Source of the DNA: a virus | Taxonomy: Duplodnaviria > Caudoviricetes | Reading direction: 5' to 3' (one strand) | Length of the DNA: 60,878 bases | Virus record (IMG/VR): IMGVR_UViG_3300023184_009656 | Location: 1-60,878 of that record | Part shown: piece after piece, positions 39,448-47,109 of the stretch | Numbering within the stretch: the stretch's first letter is position 1 | How the letters are laid out: the number at the start of each line of letters is the position of its first letter | Translations under genes and position numbers: made by a program | The notes under the pieces: generated by a model | What the model saw: the letters and a program-made list of their open reading frames with translations, nothing else | The model's database searches: none | What the model was told of the DNA's origin: nothing

Positions 39448-40767
39448 ATGAAAAGCGTAGATGATATATTAATAGTTCCTAAAGCTATATATTTTGCTGC
39501 AAATAAGAATACGTGGTTCAAATATAAAATTGAAGGAGTACTAGGGTATTATTCTGATTTTAGAACTACAATGAGTCATAATACTCTGGTCGTAACTCCA
39601 GATTTATATATAGTTGGACATATAAAAACCCAAATTGGTTGGAATTATCAATATATATATTTTTACGACAAAGAAGGTAGAATATCAGTTTTAACGATTG
39701 GAATTTATGTATTAAATTTAACTTGTGATGGTGGAGAAACAAGATGTGAAGATTTTAAGTATTCTTCTGTGCCTTTACCTTTATCAAGTTGCAGTGTTAA
39801 GGTTGTTTTTATAGGAAATCTTGCGTGCTATGGTTGTCAAGATCTAAGTTCAAGTTCGATTCCAGAAAGTTGTGAAAAATATAATTTTTTCTCTAGTCAA
39901 GTAGAGTGCGTTGATAATTCTTTAAGTACTAAAATTTTTGTAAATGGATTAGAATGTTATACTTGTGAAGATTTTTCATCTTCATCTTCATCTAGTAGTA
40001 GTTCTTCTAGTAGTAGTATCCCGCTTCCACAGCTTCCAAATCCACCACAGCCTCCTAGTCCTAGTCCAACCCCAACTCCAACTCCTTCAGTGGGTAAATG
40101 CGCTGATTATGGTTATAGTAATACTTCAATTATAAGTTGTCCACCAGGTCAACAGGCAAAATCTATTGGTGTTAATGGTTTGCTATGTTGGGCATGTCAA
40201 GATATTGGTGGTGGTCCATCACCAACCCCAAGCCCAACTCCTAGTCCTAGCCCAAGTCCTAGCCCAAGTCCTAGCCCAAGTCCTAGCCCAAGCCCAAGTC
40301 CTAGTCCAGTTGGAATTCCTGGTAGTCCTGGCGATCCTTCTACTACAGTTGGAGTAGCAGGAAACCCACCTTGTTGTAGTTGTCCAGGAGGAAGCTTTAA
40401 TGGTTGCAGCTTTTTCGAAAGAGTATGTCCTGAATCATATAGTCTGAAAGGAAAGTGCATAGATCCGTTTAGTGGGTGGGATATTTGTAATAAAATATGT
40501 TATATCTGTGGAGCCATTTGTGATCAGAGCAATTGTCCCGATGATTGGAAACCTTTTTGTAGATATGGAATTATTCGTTTTACAAAAACTTGCAATGTAG
40601 GTTGCCCTAGTGATCGTTGCACTGCTAAAGGTTATAGATGTCAAAAAGATCAATACGATAATGGTTTAAATATTAAAAATACATTAGATATTGAATCTAG
40701 ATATCAAGATTATATTGAAGCTTTTCAAGTTTTACCAATGATTGTAGATTTTTTCAAAAATGAATAA
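39448..40767 (+). CDS. Cys-rich, poly-Ser and (Ser-Pro)n protein
   Basis: 439 aa with ~29 Cys, three C...C...C(Y/W)xC(Q/E)D repeats, 14-Ser run, Pro-rich linkers. Confidence 0.7.
   Translation: MKSVDDILIVPKAIYFAANKNTWFKYKIEGVLGYYSDFRTTMSHNTLVVTPDLYIVGHIKTQIGWNYQYIYFYDKEGRISVLTIGIYVLNLTCDGGETRCEDFKYSSVPLPLSSCSVKVVFIGNLACYGCQDLSSSSIPESCEKYNFFSSQVECVDNSLSTKIFVNGLECYTCEDFSSSSSSSSSSSSSSIPLPQLPNPPQPPSPSPTPTPTPSVGKCADYGYSNTSIISCPPGQQAKSIGVNGLLCWACQDIGGGPSPTPSPTPSPSPSPSPSPSPSPSPSPSPSPVGIPGSPGDPSTTVGVAGNPPCCSCPGGSFNGCSFFERVCPESYSLKGKCIDPFSGWDICNKICYICGAICDQSNCPDDWKPFCRYGIIRFTKTCNVGCPSDRCTAKGYRCQKDQYDNGLNIKNTLDIESRYQDYIEAFQVLPMIVDFFKNE
40216..40308 (+). repeat. (Pro-Ser/Thr)n repeat; 12-nt unit AGTCCTAGCCCA x4
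   Basis: Perfect units at 40243-40290. Confidence 0.9.
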
Positions 40768-42427
40768 ATATAAATACGCGAGAATATTCATGACAGGTTT
40801 TAGAAGTGCGCCTGTTGATCCAAGAGTTTTAACAGAATTACAAAATAAAAATATTTCATTTAAATCTTTTCCTTTGAATAAAATTAAAGTACGTAATATT
40901 ACTCTTTTTTCTGATTATGATATAAACATAAATGAACCTCAGAATATAGTATTGTCTGGAATAAGTTCTGTATATGATTCAACATACTCTGGAAATTTGT
41001 ATGCAAAAATAACTGGAATAGCTGAATTTATTGATATCGGAGTAACTAATAATTCAGGAATTTATAATCCTAGTGGATTTCATACTGGATTTTTTATTAA
41101 TGGACAAACTTTTTATGATAGAAAAAATAGACAAGTATATCCTGTTAATAAAAATTTAACTATTTCATCTTCTAGTAACGTAAAATATTTAGCATCTGGT
41201 AAAGTTACTGGACAAGATTTAAATCCTAATGATTTTACATTAAAAAGTACTTCTGGAATTATAAATGCCCCTATAACTCTAAGAGATAATTTATATTCTG
41301 GTTTATATAGTGGTATAAAAACTTTACAAGAAAATTTTTATGATCCAGATACATTTACTGTATCTTTTTATAAAGATTATAGTTATATAGTAACTGGTAG
41401 TAATCTTTGGATGAGTAATTTCAATGTTGTGAATCCAATTGCATCCTCAATAACAGAAACTCCAGGAATATTTATTTTGAATAAAGTTCTGAATAATGGA
41501 AGTGGTTATGCTTTTTCAACTCAAACAGTTATAGCTAGTGGTAATATTCCAAATGTAAAATTACCAAGAAAAAATTTAACTGGAACTGCACTTTTGACTG
41601 GATTTTTAACTGGAAAAGTTTTAGAAATTGATAGTGGAATTTATATATTTAATCAAATCGTTACTGGTTCTGGTATTAACGCAAAACAATCTTATGCTAC
41701 TGGATATTTAAATGCTTTTAATTATTTAAATTATAATACTCCAGAAGAATTTGACTTTATAAGTATTGAAGATCCAATAAATGATACATTAAGCACATTT
41801 ACTTATAGCACTGGAGAATTATTTAATCCTCCACTTTATTTTAATTCTTTAGCTACTTTAAATAATATTATAAATTCTGGAAGTGGTTCTTATGGCGTAT
41901 ATTCTGAAATAGTTGGTTCTAAATTAAAATTAACTTCATCAACTTCTGGAGAAAGTGGTAATTTGATATCTATACAAACTATTGGTTCAGCTGGAACTCC
42001 AACTTTACAAACTGGAAATTACTTATTAAGTGGAATTTCTTATTATCAACCATTAAATTCAACTGGAATATTTTACGCTCAAGTATATGGAATTATTTTA
42101 GCTACGGGGCTAATGAGAAAAAATTATATTAATGCTATTACTGGAAATATGACTGGTATATTAGGTAATAAAACATTCCTTAATACATGGAATATATATA
42201 CATCTGATAATAGCACATCTTATGTATATTTAAATAATTATACCTCATTAACTAGTAATACTGGAATAAATTATAACACTAATTATATAGATGAATCCGC
42301 TAATTATTTATATAATATTAATGTAAGATATAATAATATTAATAATAATATATATGACGATATTGCTCAATTAAAAATAACTTTAAATAATGAACAACAA
42401 ATCATTATTAATTTAACTGGAGTATAA
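40760..42427 (+). CDS. Virion structural protein, extremely S/T-G rich
   Basis: 555 aa; 35 of 45 Gly preceded by S or T (manual count). Confidence 0.6.
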   Translation: MNKYKYARIFMTGFRSAPVDPRVLTELQNKNISFKSFPLNKIKVRNITLFSDYDININEPQNIVLSGISSVYDSTYSGNLYAKITGIAEFIDIGVTNNSGIYNPSGFHTGFFINGQTFYDRKNRQVYPVNKNLTISSSSNVKYLASGKVTGQDLNPNDFTLKSTSGIINAPITLRDNLYSGLYSGIKTLQENFYDPDTFTVSFYKDYSYIVTGSNLWMSNFNVVNPIASSITETPGIFILNKVLNNGSGYAFSTQTVIASGNIPNVKLPRKNLTGTALLTGFLTGKVLEIDSGIYIFNQIVTGSGINAKQSYATGYLNAFNYLNYNTPEEFDFISIEDPINDTLSTFTYSTGELFNPPLYFNSLATLNNIINSGSGSYGVYSEIVGSKLKLTSSTSGESGNLISIQTIGSAGTPTLQTGNYLLSGISYYQPLNSTGIFYAQVYGIILATGLMRKNYINAITGNMTGILGNKTFLNTWNIYTSDNSTSYVYLNNYTSLTSNTGINYNTNYIDESANYLYNINVRYNNINNNIYDDIAQLKITLNNEQQIIINLTGV

Positions 42428-42428
42428 A

Positions 42429-43097
42429 ATGGCAGCACCAATTTTTAAAACTCTAGCAAGCAAGGAAAATACTTATATTCCATTTGAAGTTTCTGCTGTC
42501 CAAGAATCTAACAAAATATATCTTACTGTTGAGCCTAGATCTGTAGTATATAGATCTTTCAATTTAAAAGACATGATGATATATACTGGGTTCATTGATG
42601 ATGCTACAAAATCTACAATTGAAAGTTTAGAGGGAACTATAAGTGGTCATGCTATAAATGGATTAGGCCATAAATTTGAAGTAGATAAAGAAAATAAAAT
42701 TCTATATCTAAGAGTTGGAATTGGTCCAAATCTTTATGCGACTGGTGCAGAAATAGGAATTAGTAATTTAGATAATCCTTGGAGTGGATATCCAGAACCA
42801 TTTGAATATAATCCTGGAATTGAATTTGATGAACAAGGTAATTTAAAAAGCTCTATTATTTACAGAAGGCAAACTGCAGCTTATTTTCCATTAGCTTATT
42901 TAACTAATGATACATCTCAAATAGGAAAAGTTGTGCCAATAGCAAAAAATAAAAAAGTAGAACAAGTAAATAAATTAGTACAAGTAATTAATTACAATAT
43001 AATGATGACAACATTTAATTATGATGGAAATCCTGTAGCTTATGGAATTCCATTTATGAATCCTTTCTTTTATTATAGTAGCAGTAGCACAAGCTAA
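42429..43097 (+). CDS. Hypothetical virion-associated protein
   Basis: 222 aa, translationally coupled; ends YYSSSSTS. Confidence 0.55.
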   Translation: MAAPIFKTLASKENTYIPFEVSAVQESNKIYLTVEPRSVVYRSFNLKDMMIYTGFIDDATKSTIESLEGTISGHAINGLGHKFEVDKENKILYLRVGIGPNLYATGAEIGISNLDNPWSGYPEPFEYNPGIEFDEQGNLKSSIIYRRQTAAYFPLAYLTNDTSQIGKVVPIAKNKKVEQVNKLVQVINYNIMMTTFNYDGNPVAYGIPFMNPFFYYSSSSTS

Positions 43098-43105
43098 TAA
43101 TTAAA

Positions 43106-44449
43106 ATGAGTGAATTAGTTTCAGCTAATTGGAATCCTCAATATGGAATGGAAAATCCAAAAAATGTTTTAAATAAAGTCAGTCATCTTGGAGCTTTACC
43201 AATTAATCAACATTACGTTTTTTTTAAAAATGGCGCTACCAAAATGATGCAAAATGATAAAAACATTCTTCCAGAAGTCAAAGAAGAACTAGAAAGAGAA
43301 AGATTACTTAGAGATAAGAACGAATATGGAGAAGGAACCGCTAGACCTGCGGCTTTCACAGAAACTCAAATGAGTGATTTATATTATAATTCTTTTGGTT
43401 TAGATATAGACATACTTTCTAGGCCATATACGGTTGATCCACTTACAGTCATATTAATTACTGGAGGTTATAGTGGCTTACTTGCACTTTTAGTAGGACA
43501 AAGCATAGCTCTCAAATTACAAATGGTTGTAGATGAACTTTTTAGCTCTGTGATTAAAGCACAAGTACCAAGAATTGGATATACAGATTTTTATACTTAT
43601 GAAGAAAAAAAAGTTGGTGATGAAAAAAGTAAAATTTTATCTAAATTAGTAAAAAGAAAACACCCGTATATTGATGAAAAAAATAACAATAAAATTCAAA
43701 AAGATCAATTAATTAATCTTTCTAGTGAGGCAGGATTCAAGAAAGTAACTGGTGTCTCAACTTATGATACAATTTTAAGTAAATATCAATTTAATGGTGG
43801 ATCAGGATTTTCATCAAGTATTTTCAAAAATCTATCAAAAGAAAACATAAAAACTTTTATGGAAACTTTAAAAGCGAATAGTGAGATTAAATACGACCAG
43901 CTAAATAAATTAACAAAAAAATATACTGATTCTTCATTTATTAATAAATCTAAAACTAAAGAAATGGCTATAATGGATACTTTAAAATTTCAAATAAATA
44001 ATGTTCTTAGACCAATTTCAGTACATATAGATTTTAGTGACTACACAACAGTCCTAAGTGGTATGAGGCAAAAAGGATATCCAAATAAACAAAAAGAAAA
44101 ATCTATATTTGGTCCTTATATTTGCAGATCTAAAAAAGTTTTTTTATATTATCCTAAGATTATCATTCAAGATAAAGCGCTAAGTACTATAGCTAAACAA
44201 TCAAATGGAATTCCTTATATTGGAAGTTTGGATCTTTTTGGAGTACCAACAACAGCTTATAGTGTATCTTTTACTAATGATCTTTCATCTTTTGAATTGA
44301 TATTAAGAATGGCATCTTTTGGCTTACTACCTCAAATTAATGGTGGATGCAAATATTTAGCTAAAGACAACGCTTTTAATCTTGGGGCTGGATACTCTGA
44401 TGGAAAAACAGATTACAAACCCTATAAAGCTTGTCCTGGATGTCCTTGA
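43106..44449 (+). CDS. Hypothetical protein with a central hydrophobic segment
   Basis: 447 aa; LTVILITGGYSGLLALLVG possible TM; ends CPGCP; last + strand gene. Confidence 0.55.
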   Translation: MSELVSANWNPQYGMENPKNVLNKVSHLGALPINQHYVFFKNGATKMMQNDKNILPEVKEELERERLLRDKNEYGEGTARPAAFTETQMSDLYYNSFGLDIDILSRPYTVDPLTVILITGGYSGLLALLVGQSIALKLQMVVDELFSSVIKAQVPRIGYTDFYTYEEKKVGDEKSKILSKLVKRKHPYIDEKNNNKIQKDQLINLSSEAGFKKVTGVSTYDTILSKYQFNGGSGFSSSIFKNLSKENIKTFMETLKANSEIKYDQLNKLTKKYTDSSFINKSKTKEMAIMDTLKFQINNVLRPISVHIDFSDYTTVLSGMRQKGYPNKQKEKSIFGPYICRSKKVFLYYPKIIIQDKALSTIAKQSNGIPYIGSLDLFGVPTTAYSVSFTNDLSSFELILRMASFGLLPQINGGCKYLAKDNAFNLGAGYSDGKTDYKPYKACPGCP

Positions 44450-44452
44450 TTT

Positions 44453-45256
44453 TTATTTAATTTTTTTAATTCTTTCAATTAATTCGAAAATTTTAGCTTT
44501 AGGAATATCATTTAAAGAGTTTATATTTTCTACATTATCAAAATTTTCTTTAATGAGTTTACTTTTTAAAATTTCAAATGAAATGCTTTTTTGTTTCATA
44601 ATCTTTTCCAGTAAACTTAATGGAGAAGTTGGATTTTCTTGAGAAGAAGATCCTTCATCTAATAATTTAGCATCTCCAAGTTCTTCTTGAGACACGATAT
44701 TAATCTTTAAAAAATTACGAACACATCTTACAAATGCGCGATTTTCAGCAATTGCAGCCAAAAAGAATCTAGCAAAAGATTTAGTATTATTAGTTGTTGC
44801 ATCTGCGAGAGATTCAAATACAATTTCACGACCACCTGTTTCATAATTTGGAATCCAAGTTATACGACAATTTGTTGCAAAATAGTTTTCACTTGCTGCA
44901 ACTACTTTGTATTCAACACTTGTATATCCACGAATTTGAGCAAGCTCTTTGATGCCACCTAATAGAATAAGCAAATCTTTATCTTGGAGTTTTGATACGT
45001 CTGTTTCTTGAGTCTTTTGTCTATTAGGTACAAGATGCTCGGTTTTTACCATTTTACGCCAATTAATTGTTCCATCATCATTAAATATATAGTTATGATT
45101 TTTATCATCAATTAGTCCATATTGATTTCTGGTAATAAGATTTGGAGGAACAACTTGAACTACTGGTTGGGTATCTTTTGATGCTACATTTATATCAACT
45201 AATTCAGAACTACCAATAGTAGTAGTATTTTCGTTATCTTTAATTTTTGGACTCAT
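44453..45256 (-). CDS. Putative Rad52/Sak-like single-strand annealing protein
   Basis: LLGGIKELAQIRGY...FESLADA...AIAENRAFVRCVRNFLKI...QEEL resembles the AETRAxxRALR motif of Rad52-like annealases. Confidence 0.5.
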   Translation of the reverse strand: MSPKIKDNENTTTIGSSELVDINVASKDTQPVVQVVPPNLITRNQYGLIDDKNHNYIFNDDGTINWRKMVKTEHLVPNRQKTQETDVSKLQDKDLLILLGGIKELAQIRGYTSVEYKVVAASENYFATNCRITWIPNYETGGREIVFESLADATTNNTKSFARFFLAAIAENRAFVRCVRNFLKINIVSQEELGDAKLLDEGSSSQENPTSPLSLLEKIMKQKSISFEILKSKLIKENFDNVENINSLNDIPKAKIFELIERIKKIK

Positions 45257-45262
45257 TTTATG

Positions 45263-45291
45263 AGTATAGTTCGTATTTATTATTTTGTCAA
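45263..45291 (-). promoter_or_regulatory. sigma70 promoter TTGACA-N17-TATACT, likely leaderless
   Basis: -35 at 45291-45286, -10 at 45268-45263, 6 nt before ATG 45256. Confidence 0.75.
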
Positions 45292-46464
45292 GTCCATTGT
45301 AAAGATATAGAATTTTTCTGGATTTTCATTTAATATGTTAATATCATAAAATTCTTGGATATTTTCATTAATATTTTTAACTGGTTTATTATCAAAAAAA
45401 GCTTTTTCACTTAAAAATACTTGACCTTGGCTTAATATTAAATTATTTGATTTATAAAAGATTTTTTTATCCATATGTTGTTTGATTTGATTTTCAACTT
45501 CTGGATGTTTTAAGGTAACGTTAATTATTATACCATAATCAATATAGGCTAATTTATAGTCATTTATCTTTTCTTTGGGTAAATAAGAATATAATTGATA
45601 TTTGATATTTAAATTTTTCAAGTTTTTAATGAATTCAATACTAGATTCATCTTCTACGAAATAGTTTACTCCTAAGATATTTGATTTATTTTCTTTTAAA
45701 ATATCTAAACTAATTGGTTTATTTGAAGCAATAATACATGGCATTAATTTTAATTGATTATTTAAATTTTGTTCATTAAAATCTAAATCCATTCTTACAA
45801 TACAACCATTTATCATCTGAGATCTTTCGACTAGATGATTGGGAATAATATGAAAAATTTTATTGTTATATAATCTGCCATTATAAATGGTTTCCATGAG
45901 ATGTAAATTATTATCTATACCAAGTAGTCTTAAAACCGCTTGAGCGATTTTTTCTGGTTTAATTTCATTTATTGATTTTGGATTTTCTTCAGCAGCATAA
46001 CTAGGTTTTTTATCAATTTTCGGAGATAGCAAAGCCATATCTTCTTCATTGGTCCAATATGGTTTTACATTGTTTATATTATTATTACTATATAATGCTA
46101 TAATTCTTTTATTAAATCCAGAAGCTATGTGGGCTCCAAAACTATCAGTACCAAGATGTAATAATGAGTTTTTAATTATATAAGCTGCTTGTCTTATTGT
46201 AGTTTGACCATTCACAGTATAGCAGTTGTCTATGACTTTTTCTTTCTCTCCACCAATTTGAACAATTTGAATATTATTCTGCCTTAAAATAGGTGAAATT
46301 AAATTAATGACCTCTTGCCAATAATCATAGTCTTTTGCAGTATATTTACTAAAAGGTTGAAATGATATATATTTATCAAAGGGTAGTGGAAAATAACATT
46401 CCAATATAAATGGTTTTCCTATTTTTAATCCACAAGATGTGGCGTATGATTCTACGAGGTGCAT
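45280..46464 (-). CDS. GT9 (heptosyltransferase-like) C-terminal half plus unknown C-domain
   Basis: MHLVESYA...KDYDYWQEVI...IVQIGG...GQTTIRQAAYIIKNSLLHLGTDSFGAHIASGFNKRIIALY is the GT9 nucleotide-sugar-binding domain. Confidence 0.75.
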   Translation of the reverse strand: MHLVESYATSCGLKIGKPFILECYFPLPFDKYISFQPFSKYTAKDYDYWQEVINLISPILRQNNIQIVQIGGEKEKVIDNCYTVNGQTTIRQAAYIIKNSLLHLGTDSFGAHIASGFNKRIIALYSNNNINNVKPYWTNEEDMALLSPKIDKKPSYAAEENPKSINEIKPEKIAQAVLRLLGIDNNLHLMETIYNGRLYNNKIFHIIPNHLVERSQMINGCIVRMDLDFNEQNLNNQLKLMPCIIASNKPISLDILKENKSNILGVNYFVEDESSIEFIKNLKNLNIKYQLYSYLPKEKINDYKLAYIDYGIIINVTLKHPEVENQIKQHMDKKIFYKSNNLILSQGQVFLSEKAFFDNKPVKNINENIQEFYDINILNENPEKFYIFTMDLTK

Positions 46465-46467
46465 AAA

Positions 46468-47109
46468 TTAATGAAAGTTTTCTCCATATTTAGGTAAAAA
46501 TGCATGTCTTATTTCTATATTTGGTTCTACTATGATTCTATGTCCTAAACCCCGAACTTTCTCAAAAAAAGGTACATGATCTAATCTTTTATCGTTAATA
46601 TCATATGATACTTTTTTATGTAAGTGGGCTGGAATAATAAAACATGTGCCTACAGAATTAACTTCAGTTTTAACATCTCCATTGGATTTATTATAAGGGG
46701 GTTTAAAGTCAAATTTAATTCCATTTGAATCAATAAATCCGTCAATATCATAAAACCTTTTCCAAGGCCACCAATCATTATCTTCTATATAAACATATGG
46801 GGCAACTACTTCTGTTGTTGAAATAGATAATAATTTTTCAATTATATCAAATGGATATTCGACTATATCTGAGTCCATCCAAAAAACATGAGTATAATCA
46901 TCAGTAAGATTTTCCTCTATTATTTTATTTCTTAATCTAATCAACTTAGCGTATCTATGCTCATTACCCTCAATATAACCATCATATACAGCTCGATGTT
47001 TGTTTTTAAATGTTAAATTATTAAATATATTCTCTGCATTTTGCTTCCAAATAAACCATGCTCCTTTTGGAGATATGAGTTGTGGAACAAGTACTTTAAT
47101 TTGATTCAT
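46468..47109 (-). CDS. GT-A fold glycosyltransferase, Anp1/Mnn9 (GT62)-like
   Basis: LIRLRNKII...HVFWMDSDIVEYP..IIEKL...VVAP...FYD...VNSVGTCFII...VRGLG...PNIEIRH; DxD motif. Confidence 0.65.
   Translation of the reverse strand: MNQIKVLVPQLISPKGAWFIWKQNAENIFNNLTFKNKHRAVYDGYIEGNEHRYAKLIRLRNKIIEENLTDDYTHVFWMDSDIVEYPFDIIEKLLSISTTEVVAPYVYIEDNDWWPWKRFYDIDGFIDSNGIKFDFKPPYNKSNGDVKTEVNSVGTCFIIPAHLHKKVSYDINDKRLDHVPFFEKVRGLGHRIIVEPNIEIRHAFLPKYGENFH

Noticed and set aside
4800-44449. Contractile tail or bacterial eCIS/tailocin locus
   Set aside because: No sheath or baseplate-wedge gene recognised, and a full phage replication module is adjacent.
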